64,000 nt of DNA from Phoronis australis (Eukaryota > Animalia > Phoronida): assembly GCA_002633005.1 (NCBI GenBank), contig NMRA01000275.1, positions 506,893-570,892 of the forward strand, given 5' to 3'. Below the pieces are notes generated by a model. It searched no databases. It saw nothing but the letters and a program-made list of their open reading frames with translations, and was not told the DNA's origin. Below are positions 38,487 through 52,190 of the stretch, piece after piece (positions within the stretch are counted from its first letter, which is position 1; each line of letters begins with the position of its first letter). Position numbers and translations under genes: made by a program.

Positions 38487-38563
38487 ATGCTTCCAATTCA
38501 CAAAGGCGATCCCCATTACAAGCAAGGATGGCGGGTCAAAGAAAAGGTGTCTGGCTGGTTAAG
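38487..38563 (+). CDS. SLC30A7: Zinc transporter 7 (ZnT7), coding exon 1 (not in the ORF track)
   Basis: caaaATG start. MLPIHKGDPHYKQGWRVKEKVSGWL(R) resembles the ZnT7 N-terminus MLPL...KISGWFR; donor gtaatt. Confidence 0.88.
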
Positions 38564-41500
38564 GTAATTCTATGGAATAGATAGTAATATGTCGCGCTGC
38601 GACTCGCACATCTGATCAGTGTGCCGCTGTTGTGGAACGGCAGGGGTTCATGAAGGCTCAGTGGAGGACACTGATTTGAGCAGTTGTGTGTCTCGGTATT
38701 TGACAGGCATTATGTCTACTCTCAGGGTTCTAGGTCCCTCGATTTTGTGACCAAATTGTTACTTGTACTTAATACAACAGAATATTAGTACCACCCTCAT
38801 GATGGACCTGTCTAAAAAATATTTAAGATAAAAAGTCATGCAGACCTCCCCTCACTTAGGGTTAGGCCGGAAAATTACCATCCATTCATCCATTGGTTAA
38901 AGAACCCCCACTAGGTTAGAATCATCTTTAACACAGACAGACCCTTGGCCTCAGAGGGGTTGTTTAGTTCCGATGCTAGTTACTAGCACTAGTATGTATT
39001 AAACCTTAGTTAGTGATCTCCATTCTAACATATGTCAAATAACAAGCTATATCAACTCGTAAAGGTATATATTTTCTGAAAGAAAAAAGATCAAGGATTA
39101 TAAATGTATGTGTTATATTTATGTAGTAGTATTGATATTACGTTGCCCCATTTTTAGTCAAATTTCATTTTTCTCATTCATAGCAAAATAACCCCTTGGT
39201 CGATTTCAATGACCTTTTTATTAAAAACTTCACAATTTACCTCAAAAACGCTGTTAGGAATTTTTGATAACTCATTTGTTTTGGTTTCTATGCCAAACGA
39301 ACTTGCAAAAAATGAGATTCGTATTCTTCTGTCTTACAGTATGGAAAAACTAGGCTTTAAAATGAAAATCTTTACAAGATTTTTGAGATGGATGAATCGA
39401 TAAATATTAAAAATGGAAATCTTCAGTGAAATCCACCCAGCTGTTTTCAAGTACTTACGTTACTAAATTCAAATTAAATCAATTTGCCGAAACTGAGAAA
39501 AAGCCGAAAATGTTGCGAGTCGTCAAATGTGAGCGAGGGACCTTTACACATATACCTGGCTACTCGAACTCGGTTCCACTCAAAGTAGAGGTGATTCAGT
39601 AGTGATACAACATGGGGGGTGAGGACAATTGTAAAAACTGTAAAGAATGCACTTTGACTCTATAGTCTACATACAGCTATTGTAACTGGCTGGGTTGAGG
39701 ATGGTTGCCCCCAGGCACAGCCTCATAGGTGATCCGCAAGGTGGGCACAAACCAAACAAAATAGAGAAAGGTGCTTCAGGTAACATCAGTATTATCGGAT
39801 TGTAGAAATGAGAATCAAAAGTTATTTTATTTCATTTGTTGTCAGTTTTAAAACTTCAGTTCATGTGTGCTGTGTTACCAGGTCGAAGTAAAGTCCAGTT
39901 GATAATTTTGTTTGTTTTTTGTTGTGTCAAATGTAAGCACACTCATGCAAGTTAGAGTTTAAACCAGTGTCAAAGAGGAACAGAGTGAGCAACTTACTTG
40001 TGCCATTGTTGGTGAGGGAGGCTTGTAAAATGACATTAATAACAAAATTGTGGCCTTGTTAATTACCAGTAGTTATTCCCACTACCCTCTTAGGAGAGAA
40101 TCTCTTACAAATTAAGCAATAAATACTCGTGTAATCCTTCCTGGTTATGAAGACATCGTTTTAGTCTTTGCATTTAGTAGTCTATGTGCTTATTATTATT
40201 TGTTTGCCGTTTAATGTGTTTTTGTGCTTCATCAGTAGTAACTATGTGTAGATAACTGCAAGCAAAAAATTGCCATTTATTTGTGCTTCACCAAATTAGT
40301 CTAAGATACCATCTGTGGCACTATATCATAGCCAAATAGTGAAACTAAAACCAGTACTAGTAGGTCCACTGTATTTTGTTCATCTCACAGTCGAACATGC
40401 TATATTATTTAAAAACAGATCAAAAAGTGATGGTTTGCCTTTAAATAACCCATGGGGTCTATGTGCTTTTATGAAAACATTGATATTGTATTTGTCTGAG
40501 ACAGGTCATAATACTTTTTACTGGCCAATCATTAAATTTTAACAATGTAAATGCAAGGCTGATATTACATAAATTGTATTAATCTAGTCTCCTTGAATCG
40601 TAATTACAATAACAGAAAATAATAAAATACGACTGAGGGCATGCATATAGTTCAACTGGGCCGAGAAAATACATCCCAGTATAGTGAAATGGGACATATC
40701 TAAAGGTCTGAGAGAACCACTGAAATTTCGTCGGACATGCGTGTCCCATAGACATGAGTTTTACTATGCATGTACTGTTTGTATGACAGAGAAAGGGAAA
40801 CTTGACACTTGTTGAAATATGTGCGTAAGTCTTCTGTAATTAGAATCCGGCTTGGTAGAAATAATTCCATTTCATAGACTCTGCCTTTAGTTTCTCATTA
40901 ATCCTTGGCAACAGGTGTTTATAGGAGTGATTGTCTGCAAGGCTAAAATTATTGATTCAAGGGAGCATGAGTTGGACAGAGTGTTGTCAACTATAACATG
41001 GCTATTTTCTATATCAAAGTTCTTTGTGATTGTATCAATGCAGCGTACTGTCAAGGGACATCCAACGAGTAGAATTGAAAGTGAGCATCTTATTATTTTT
41101 CAAATTCTTGTTGTTTTGAGAATTAGTAAATTGTCAATCACACGTTAATTTAAGACAGGATTCTGCCGTGTCCTTGTGGCTGGTATGAACAACTAGATTC
41201 CAGTTGGAGGCTATTATGTGTCAGAAGTTGAAATGGGCAGACAGCTCTACCTAATTGTTGAAGATTGAAAAGAAATGCTCTTATACAAAAGTCAGAACAG
41301 ATATACGCTACATTACAGTAGGAATGAGCCAACCCCAGTGTCCCATTTGTCAACTTTTGGTAAAATTATTATGGGTACATATCATGTCCCTGTGAAATAC
41401 TTTTGTTTTCTAATTTTGTTAATGTGTATGCAATCAATTAAAATTTTCATAGTTTTTAGACCTCCCTGTTTTTTAATAACTTGAGGAAGATTCCAGCTGT

Positions 41501-42067
41501 TTTGAAAGTATTGTGCCTTGACATTATCTTAGCATTTCATTTTTATTTATCGACATTTCTACTCAAATGCCAATGTTTTAGAAAAAAATGTTGAAATAAC
41601 TCTTTTCTGTCCACATAAATGTAATACGTCTCATTGACTGCATCACTTCTGTGGACATGCATTGCTTATTGATATTTGCCACCAATGCACTTGTGATGAA
41701 AATTGCCTTTGCTTGTTATGTGATGATAACGCAGGTGGTGCACATGCACAGTGCTGGCTGGAGATTGAATCGGGATACTCTTGGACGTATCTTGAGGTTC
41801 ATTTTGGGAAATCTCTCACTTGGTGATGTGTAATACGGAGCCTGTAGACAATTTGGTCTGGTTTTTTTCACCTTGACCAGATTACATGCAGTAATTTCTG
41901 GATGGCAATTCTTTGGATTTAACATTTTTAATTTTAAAATTGTAAGTGAACTTTGTTTCATGATGAGTGTGAGGATGTTGATCTTTTTGCCTGCTTGTAG
42001 ATCTAGGGTTTCCCGGACTGTTTCGTATTGTGTTGCCTCATCTTGAGAATTCTGTTTGTTTTTTCAG

Positions 42068-42169
42068 ATTGATATTTGCTGACCCTGCCTCACGAAATCT
42101 GTTCTTCTTCTTGCTGTTGAATCTCTCCTTTGCTTTTGTGGAGCTCGCCTATGGAATCTGGACAAACAG
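42068..42169 (+). CDS. SLC30A7: ZnT7 exon 2
   Basis: ttttcag acceptor, gtataa donor. LIFADPASRNLFFFLLLNLSFAFVELAYGIWTN(S). Confidence 0.95.
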
Positions 42170-42789
42170 GTATAAACAGGTTACACTTTGACGGTCACGT
42201 TCACTCTCAACACTAAGATGGCATTGCGGCTTTTGAAAGTTGCGTGTTTGAGTTGTTGAAAGCAGTAATGAAAACTGTCAACCATTGGAATATGGTTTCT
42301 GTTAGATTGCATTATCTTGGCTGCAAAATTACCCACCTTATCTCTGTCATTGTGGTTGAAAAGCATCAAAGTGACTTACACACAACCGTGCGGGTCTCAA
42401 CTTTCGCCTGATGTCAGTACAGCACTACTATCATGCTAAGATATTTACTCACAATGCAACATACGTGTCAAGAACTTGTTCAGCTTCTCTGTCTATAAAA
42501 AGAATTGTTACTATCTGATGTCCTAGTGGTTATAAATTTCGTCATTAGAGTGCAGGTAAACTTGTATTGTGATTTGTAATGCCAACACAAAAATGCCAAA
42601 AAGTAAATGTCAGTATTAGATGTGCAATGTATTGTTCTTCTCTCCGTGTTCATGAACTTACGAGCTCAGTCGTGCAGTGCATTTTTCTACCTCCACAAAA
42701 GAGGAGAGTTCAGTTATGAGCGGCTTTAATAGTGCAGCTTCAGTGCAATTAAACTTGGCTAGGTGGTGCTGCAAAGTATGTTCTAAATC

Positions 42790-43027
42790 AATCTGTGCCA
42801 TCACTGACTTAGCCAATGTTAGTAATCTGTGCCATCACTGACTTAGACAGTATTAGTAATCTGTGCCATCACTGACTTAGATGGTGTTAGTAATCTGTGC
42901 CATCACTGAGTTAGATGGTGTTAGTAATCTGTGCCGTCACTGACTTAGCCAATGTTAGCAATCTGTGCCATCACTGACTTAGACGGTGTTAGTAATCTGT
43001 GCCATCACTGACTTAGATAGTGTTAGT
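42790..43027. repeat. 34-bp minisatellite x7
   Basis: AATCTGTGCCATCACTGACTTAGnnnnTGTTAGT, 7 contiguous copies. Confidence 0.95.
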
Positions 43028-43238
43028 TATTTTTGTGTTTATTGAGAACTCAAGACATTCCACAGACCAAGACAAAAGCAATCAAACAAAATACCCATTT
43101 TCCTCTCATGACAGTTAATTACGTGAACCGTAAATATTACAGGGATGCAACATTCTAATTACGGAATGACTTATCCCCTAGCCACTTTAATAATTTTCCC
43201 GTTAATTTTCCTTCATTCTTGTTCATGAGAGAAGACTA

Positions 43239-44675
43239 CCGTATTCGCCGTAATAACTGCTCATGCCCCTATAAGCGCCCCCCCACGCGTTTTCAGACTT
43301 TGCTGAAATAAGCGCCCAGTCCATGAACGTGTACATGCGAACAATGACGTACCGACAGTTCTAAAACTCGGCTACAGTAACATCTTCAATTTATCAAAAA
43401 AAATTTGCCCGGTCTTCTAGACCACCAGCAGCACTGCCACGTTTGTATTTAGCTGTGACTATACACTTCAAAGTAGAGCAGCGCTTCAAAACGAACGCAA
43501 CAGCGTTGCTACTCTCGCGACGACCGTGTCCTTCTACGGTATGACCTTTCAGTACAGACACATCGACTGTCTCATGAATAAAAATAACTCGGTGTTAAAC
43601 TGTTAAACGCACGTGGCCGGGAAGCGCGCGCTACATATATGAACCTGTCGTCAAAGACATTACTTGGGAACTATCCATTCATGAAACGGGTAGCATAGCA
43701 TCGGTAAGAAATGAACATTGGCACTAATTTCCCACAATTTCTAATACTATAAAACATGTTTGCGTTATTTTTGAGATAGATTGTTTGATTAACCATAATT
43801 GGTGTTTTTAAGCCGAATATCCGATAAAATGACAACGGACAGTGACTCACCCTTACACCGAAAAATAACTGTCAGATATTTACATGTACGTATGCATCCA
43901 GCTACACGGCGACTAATATGGGCCTTACCGAGACAAATGCCGAACGTTTTTAGCACATGAGACCGGCAAGTGCTGAATAAAACACGCTCTGGTTTAGGTC
44001 TACTGCTTGTGCAAATTTCTTTAGACACAATTAATGCACATCTAGCTCGTTAGATTGCGTGGCTCTGACTAAAACACGGCCTCTGCTTTGGCAAATGAAC
44101 TCTCGTGACACGCACGCGCTCGCTTACTCACAAATGCAGATGAACTTCAAAACAAATGTCACGTGACAACAACATGTGTGTTCGTCCAGACATTTTTCTC
44201 GCCGTGTTGCCGATCATACATGTAGATTGCACGATGTTGCACAGATTTGTACTTAAATCTGCTATTAATCCAGACTTCACGGGAACTTAAAAAAAATCTT
44301 AGAGACGTTAGAAAACTTAATGAAGATTTCAGGTAATTTGCTTGAGTCGAAGCTATTTTTATTCAAGCATTGAAGTCGCCATATCGAAGACGGCAATTTC
44401 GAGGCAGTCAGTTGTCGAATTTTCGCCCTGGGATTTCAGCACAATTTTCTGTAAAATGATCGTAATTTAGTAGCAAAGTTTGATAGCAATGCACCACAGT
44501 TTTGCTGAAAGTCTTTCATAGATTACAGATACGTCGCAGAGCGTAAATTTGATGAATCTTAGCTTCCGATTTCACCCGTATCGGAGACCGGGTTTCAACC
44601 GCCTTGGGTTATAATAAGCGCCCCCCTGAACCGAACTTTTCTAAGCGCCCTGGGCGGTTATTACGGTGAATACTG
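43239..44675. mobile_element. Non-autonomous TIR DNA transposon with TA target-site duplication (Tc1/mariner-pogo type)
   Basis: TA|CCGTATTCGCCGTAATAACTGCTCA at left, TGGGCGGTTATTACGGTGAATACTG|TA at right. Subterminal TAAGCGCCC repeats, CpG-rich interior, no transposase ORF. Confidence 0.8.
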
Positions 44676-45409
44676 TACTTTGACACCGAATGACGACTGC
44701 GTGAATAAGGTGTATACTAATACAGTGTATAATTTGGTTGATGAAAAAAATGCCGAATGATATCTTGAACTGTATATCACTGTCTAGAACCATACAAATC
44801 ATAGCATTGCCCAGTTGGCAAAAAATCCTTTATATTTGAATGCCCTTGTTTTTTTCCAGTTAAGATAACACCCATGGACATGCCTGGTATTCATGTTTCA
44901 AATACTTTTTAGGACACTATGGATGGTGTTTTACAAAAATGTAACATTTTGCATTTAGAAAATAGTGATAAATTATAGTGTTGTTAAGCTCCACATTCGA
45001 GAATGGTTGTGGTTTGAAGACATTTGAAAAGTCATAGCATTTGCCGAAATGCCCTAGAAACACTCTAGCATTTTCTTTGAAATTTGCAGTTCGTTATGTC
45101 CTAGTGTTGAAAATCAATTGTTGTTTCAATAACATTTTGTGAGATCTTCTCATGGTAAAATTACCAATTGAAGCAGAGGTTTGAACTGATTATCTAACTA
45201 ATTTCAAATTAAGTATCTCTTTTGTTTTCCTGGACTGCATTATTTGTCGTAACCTGTAGACTTCATCGAGATTTTGATGAACTTTTTAAAACTGCTGTTC
45301 ATACTTTTTGGATCATTTTCACCCATTTTGTGTTGATTTTATTGCATGTAGGCGTGTCCACTTGAGGTCTTGTCTGTATTTGTCATTACATATGTTCTCT
45401 CCAGTGTGA

Positions 45410-45571
<162 letters not shown>

Positions 45572-46061
45572 TGAGATGTTTTGCTTATTGTTAAACATAC
45601 TGTAAACCTGCCTTCAGTAAAAATAACTAACTTGTAATTTAGGCCACAGTTGTTTTGTAATTAACGGTCACATTTTTTCCTTGATAACAATTTCTTTAGG
45701 TGGTATTTTTGCGAGGCTTTTATTAAACTTAAGAAGTAGCATGGGACCAAGGTCATATATGTCACCTTATATTTGAAAGTACATTGCATAGTATTTTCGG
45801 TGTAAAATTTCTAATCAATCATCGCTCTTCAAAGTGTTTGTTGGTATACCACTCACTGATTGTTAACCTCTCTCATTGACTGATATAAACAGAAATTGAT
45901 GGGACACTGTAATACATATATTAATTTTCCCTTTGATGTTAAAATCCTCAGTTTTAGGTGGGGAAATCCCCAATTGTAATCCAGTCATTGTTAAGGTATA
46001 AATGAATTCTGATCCATTGTCTTGACAATTTAAGGTAAAAAATAAAAACATTTTATTTCAG

Positions 46062-46149
46062 GTATGTGCGAGCTGAGATTTTGGCTGGTTTTGTCAACGG
46101 GCTCTTCCTATTGTTCATCGCTTTCTTCATTTTCTCAGAGGCCATCGAG
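46062..46149 (+). CDS. SLC30A7: ZnT7 exon 4
   Basis: tttcag acceptor, gtaagt donor. YVRAEILAGFVNGLFLLFIAFFIFSEAIE. Confidence 0.96.
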
Positions 46150-46859
46150 GTAAGTTCACTTGGTTACTTCCACTGGTCCAAAAAACGTTGGAATATGATG
46201 TAATTTTTGCAGAAAACCTTGGAAATTTTCTATAGATTTTTCATGGTAAATTATGGAATACTCTGGTAAGAGGTCGAACATTGAAATGTTCAGCACAGAA
46301 CCATTAGTGTACCCAGATACTCTTACCACCCTTTGTTATGTAATCAAATTAGGGTGACCTGATAACTTTACCCTGTAGTGACTATCAGGCAGTGGACACT
46401 ATCATTCATGTAGGTGAGGTATTATGGCAATTCTTCACTTATTTCACACAAAAATAATTGCTAATTTTCTATGGCTGAATAACTTGCTGCAAGTGATGTG
46501 AACTTTACCAAATGTCATTTTATGACATATACAGTTCAAACCAAGCTAATGAGAGACCAATGTTTTCTTGATCTTTATTTTTGTGGAGAGATTGGGCCCT
46601 ATAGAATGTTGGCCATGTTGTGTGCTAAATAGGTGAAGTATTACTTCGATATGTTCTCATAGTACTAGTAGGGCGAGCAGGCTTGTACTATTGGGGAGGA
46701 GCAATAGACAGAAAATCTTTTAGTTGCTTTTATCCAGTGAAAGCAGGTAGTCGGTTCTGAAACACATTTGATTAAATTGATTATGATTTTTGAAAATTAA
46801 GTCTTGCTGATTAAAAATTGGCATTGTCTTGTTACTAAGTAGATGCACAAGCTATGACT

Positions 46860-48330
46860 GGATGATTGTGAAAATTGGCATATATGTTCCTACTGCGAAG
46901 AGGAGGGGTGGTGATCATTTTCCGACGACTTCAACTACTTTGGCGCCTCCTCGTATTATTTTTGCACCCAATGCTGTTTCTCCTATACTCTCTGCATGAT
47001 CTATTAAATTTCGCAAGTGTATTTATGTGAAGTTGGCAATGGATGGCAATGACTTTCAGATGGGTCTGATGAACATTGTGCCACCTAGTGACAATTTTTT
47101 GTTGTGCTTTGTATCTTTGAAACTCCTTGGCAGATTTTTATGCGCTCACATATTTATATGTGGCTGCATATTGCCGTCATCTCTGTCGGACGTCCAGAGT
47201 TGTATCTCATAAACCCTCAAAGGATCCTAATGAGATATGGCAGATGTGTTCCTATGAAACTGACAATGGATGACGACAAATTTCAGACCAATCCAACTAC
47301 TGCTGTGCCCCCTAGTGGCAATTTAGTTTTTTTATTGTTTCCTATGTATCTTTGGAATTCGTGGATGGATTTTCATGAAATTTGCCAACACTTTTCCATT
47401 TTCGGTTGGCTTTGACTAGTGGGAATTTTTTGGGGGTCTGTTTTCTGGCATCCTCCTCTCTATCTGCCATATCGCTCAAAGGATCGTTATGAAAATTTGT
47501 AGATGTGTCTAATGAGAAGACCATGACTGATGTTGACACTTGGATGGGTTCGACTACTGTTTGGCCCCCTAGTGACGATTTCTTTCTTTTGGGTCTGTGG
47601 CCAAATCGTCTTAACCCTTTGAAAGAGCTTTGTGAAATTTGAAACATGTTTTCTAATGGAACCGACGGCAAAAGGTAACAAGTGCTGAACTGATCCAAAT
47701 ACCATTGTGCTCCCTAGTAGCAAAATGTTTTTTACCTTTGCCTCTATATCTTTGTAGTTCGTCAATGTATTTTCATGAAATCCTGCAAATAGGATTCTAT
47801 GAAGAGCACGACAACGTCTTCCCTTTTACAGACAGATTTGGTGTTTTCTGCGCCACCTGGTGACCATTTAAATTTTTTTACATGTTACGTTTTGATGTCT
47901 GCCTCTCTATCTGCCAAACCACTCAAAGGATCATTATGAAAATAGACGGTTGTGTTCCTGATGTGAAGACCCCGGTTGACGTAGTTTATCGAATGTTTTT
48001 TACTATTCCTATTCTGGCACTGCGTAGGGTCAATTTTGCTTTTTTACGTCTGCGGCTATATCTGCTTAACCTTTGAAGGACCTTTCAAAATTTGGCAGAT
48101 GGGCTCCAGCAGAGATGGCAACAGATGAAGAGGAGTTTCAGACCAATCAGATTTAAGCTGTACCCCCTAATGTCAATTGTTTTTTACGTTTTAACTTTGC
48201 CTCTATGTCTTAGGAGCTCCTTGGCTTATTTTCATGAAAATTGGCAAATAGTTGGGTTTTGCAGAGACGGTACCACTTTCGCAACTCAGATGGGTTTGAC
48301 ACATTGTACGCCATCTAATGGCCATTTTTA
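46860..48330 (-). mobile_element. Second copy of the CCACTAG-unit composite repeat family
   Basis: GATGATTGTGAAAATTGGCATATATGTTC...TTTTCCGACGACTTC is the reverse complement of ~19806-19880. CCCTAGTG(G/A)C recurs about every 130 bp. Confidence 0.6.
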
Positions 48331-48703
48331 TGATACTAAAATACTTATAGAATCACACCATTTGTGGTGCTGTCGTGAGCGTATTATTTTACATTGTTGT
48401 GATTGTTCGCAGTTTTTCAAAATTAAATTACCTGATGGTAGCTGTAGAACAACACTTGAACATGGAGTAACGTCAAATTTGATGCCACATTTATTTCATG
48501 AAAAAAGTTAATACAAAATTTCACATGTTGTTCATATTATCAACCTGGCCACACTGCCCCCTCCAACACAGCTTTATGTCAAGCTGCTTTTACAAATATG
48601 AAAATAGACATCTGCACTTGTTTAGTTTAGTCATAGATCCACTCATTCATTACATTCTGCAAGTTCACAGATTTTATTTTCACCATGGTGCTGATCATTT
48701 CAG

Positions 48704-48827
48704 CGCGCCTTCGAGCCACCACACGTTCATCATGATCGCCTTTTCATCATCTCGGTGCTGGGTTTTATCGTTAACTTGATTGGAATCTTCGCCTTTGCTC
48801 ACGGCGGCCATGGGCACTCGCATGGAG
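48704..48827 (+). CDS. SLC30A7: ZnT7 exon 5
   Basis: tttcag acceptor, gtaagg donor. RAFEPPHVHHDRLFIISVLGFIVNLIGIFAFAHGGHGHSHG. Confidence 0.96.
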
Positions 48828-49280
48828 GTAAGGCAGTTATTGGAAGTCACGTGATCTTGTTTCTCCTGTTACACACTCATAAACTACCCTGAGAATTTTT
48901 GGAAAAACGCAATGTCTTGGTCATCTACATAAAATCTCAGGTACTTTTTTGAATTTAATTTACTGCTCTTCTTGTGGTAGTGTTGCTGTGTAAAACGGTC
49001 ATTCTTGTTTAAACCCCTTGCAGCACCACCACTCTTTTGTTCGTGTTTTGGGATGGAATCTTTTTTGATTCTATAATGCACTGACTATAGTCCCTAATTA
49101 CATATGGACGTAATGGAGTTCATAGAAATGGGTCAATGAAATGATCCATTGCCACTATTATGAATTGTTCGCACTATAAATTTCCAACTTCAGTTTTATC
49201 AAATAGGTGCTATGGGACACTTGAATATATTTTGAGATGCTTTAATTTTTCACATGATTAGATTTTCTTTTTATTTCCAG

Positions 49281-49343
49281 GTGGTTCCCATGGGCATTCA
49301 CACGGTGGACACAGTCATTCATCTGCCCATGCCTATGGTGTTG
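49281..49343 (+). CDS. SLC30A7: ZnT7 exon 6 (His-loop, 63 nt, phase 1-1)
   Basis: ttccag acceptor, gtgagt donor. (G)GSHGHSHGGHSHSSAHAYGV. Confidence 0.85.
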
Positions 49344-49998
49344 GTGAGTCAATGTTTTCTTTTTGGACTTATCTATTGCATTCAGTACTGTTCAGCAGAG
49401 AGATTGTTACTGTGTGCGAAAGGTCATTTGATAAATTAGGGGCCCTTTCACACTATCAGTGGTACATGTGACCGTACAAAATCCTGAAATCGTGCTATTC
49501 ACAAATATCCTGTTATGCTACTTTTTCATCAGTTTTCATGCAAAAATGCCCTTATTCTAGAATAAAATCTTCGAAAAGAAATCTAGGGAAGGCTAAAAAT
49601 GTCCCTACCAATCTTATGCTTTAAGTTAGGACATAATTGTTTTTCTGAGATGAGATTGTGCCATATTCCATGGCGTCTTCACAAAACTTTATTCAGTTGT
49701 AAATAATCAAGATTCTGGATTAAGATTTTCATATATATTTACTCTGGATTAACAGTACATTTTCCTCCTGGTCTTTGTCATTGTTATTATTGATTAAAAT
49801 CCACAAGAAATTATTCAGCTTTAGCCAGATTAGTAAAGATATTCATTGGTCATCATGTTAATGATCACTATTTTTATAAATACATTGCCTACTGAAGTTG
49901 ATGGATTTTTGGATCTGTGATTAATTGTATTGTAGTCATATTATCTCAAAATGGAACCAGGATTTGATGAAATGTTTATATTGTCCTATTTACTTCAG

Positions 49999-50271
49999 GC
50001 ATGGGAGAAAGTTCACACAGTCTTAGCTACTCTGATCACAGCCACAGTCACTCAGATCCCAGTCATAAACACTCTGATCATGGTCATAGCCATGGCAATC
50101 ATGGTCATAGTCACTCTGACCATGGTCACAGTCACTCTGACCATGGTCACAGTCACTCTGACCATGGTCACTCTCATGATGGTCCTTCTAGCCATGGACA
50201 CAGTCATGTTGACCACAGTTCTCCTGACAATGATAAGAAGAAATCCAGTGGTAATTCACAGATATTCCAAG
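49999..50271 (+). CDS. SLC30A7: ZnT7 exon 7 (His-rich loop)
   Basis: cttcag acceptor, gtgagg donor. HSDHGHS repeats ending SSGNSQIFQ(G). Confidence 0.93.
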
Positions 50272-50669
50272 GTGAGGCTTTGAACTCCCATTTATGTCGG
50301 GGCATATTGGTGAACATTCTCTGAACTTGAATTTGTCAATGTAGCTGGGCAATCAATAAGGGTGATTTCAATGACACTATGTGTGAAGTACGTTGTGATG
50401 GATTCTAGAGAAATTTGGTAAATTGTGTATACAACTTTGTGATATACATTTCATATATACCATGAGATCTAATTGATGTTTACAGTAGTTTTCATAGATC
50501 CACACATTCACCTGTGGATGGCTGTTAAGACAATGAGAACTTGGTGTGGAACATTCTATGGATAACAGTTTTTGAGTACATTTATAACACTTGTGCACCA
50601 TCTTTCTCAAAGTTTAGCAATTGGCCCATTTCCCCTGAGTATGAAGGAGAGTATGATTATTTGACGCTT

Positions 50670-50695
50670 GCGCGCGCACACACGCACGCACGCAC

Positions 50696-50729
<34 letters not shown>
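50670..50729. repeat. (CA)n microsatellite
   Basis: gcgcgcgcacacacgcacgcacgcacacaca... Confidence 0.9.
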
Positions 50730-50731
<2 letters not shown>

Positions 50732-51294
50732 GAGATGAGACATTCAACAATATGTCTTCTCCCTGCTTTCCTTAATAACTGATCTGTGCACTTAAAAATT
50801 AGGTAGTGCTTTGAAACAATGCACATGGTGAATTGATCGGGATAGGTGCTCCAATTGCACATAAATTACAGTAGAGTCCATTTAGTGTCATACAGGATGT
50901 TAGACTATCCTGGTTATTATGATAAATCATTTCCCATTTAATCTGTGTAAAGTGATTTGTGTATTGTCATTATTTATTGTCATATTTCTGTATAAATTGA
51001 TTCTCGTCCACTTATTAACATGCGTACCTTCGCTCTTCTGTCTAAAAACTAGCCTTATTCATCTTGATAATTTTGTTATCGTTATCAGATCTAAGCGCCG
51101 TGGGTAAAAGTCAATCGTTTTTTGTTTTACTCTGAGAATCTCCACTGAGCATGATTAGCTTGATAAGGAGTTTTTACGATCACTGCCAAGTCTACATGAT
51201 GGGCTCCACTCCATTTTGTTTATGAATTTGTAAACTTTTGAATTTTCCACGAATCAAATGCTACCCAAAATGGGGTGCTTTGTCTTGAGAGTAA

Positions 51295-51597
<303 letters not shown>

Positions 51598-52099
51598 TGA
51601 CAAGAGTTAGTTGAATTTATGTAAAATTCATCAAAAAAGAAAGGTATGATCATAGCAATAACATTAAACAAATTTTGTTTAATACATATGTTAAAGATTA
51701 AAACTAGGAAACGTTACAATTTTCAAAGTTTTCATTTTCAATTTTAAGCATTTTTTCATTATTTTCATAAGAAGGGTCCGCACAACCTTATTGAAGAACA
51801 AAAAGTATGAATGCCTGCCACACTTAAAGCTGTTGAGTGGCAGAATTGTCATGTTAAAGTTAGTAATTGGAGTGAATTTATGTGTGGGATCAAATCTATT
51901 TTTATTTATATTTATTAATTTACTGATATTTTTATTATGAGCATCGTAGCTGTTTTCCTTGGGAGACCTATTGAAAAAGAGTTAAATTTACTTTAAACAT
52001 GATGCTCAGAGTTCTTTAAACAACATTTTTTGGTTCAGTTGTTGGCTTTTAAATGATCCAACTTCCTAACCTTTGATCATGTTTACCATACTATTGCAG

Positions 52100-52190
52100 T
52101 GTGATACCACTTTTACGTGACAGCATTGGGGTGTTAATGCAGAGGACACCCCGAGAGTTAGACTACATTTTACCTGGCGCTTATCAAAGA
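52100..52190 (+). CDS. SLC30A7: ZnT7 exon 9
   Basis: ttgcag acceptor, gtaagt donor. VIPLLRDSIGVLMQRTPRELDYILPGAYQR. Confidence 0.95.

Noticed and set aside
42790-43027. CRISPR-like regular repeats (also 27247-27368, 58460-58597, 62414-62664)
   Set aside because: Units are contiguous with no unique spacers, there are no cas genes, and the context is a eukaryotic intron: ordinary minisatellites.
49951-50283. Hydrophobic repetitive ORF (VTLTMVT) overlapping the ZnT7 His exon
   Set aside because: Alternative-frame shadow of the 21-nt His repeat; splice phases support only the His frame.
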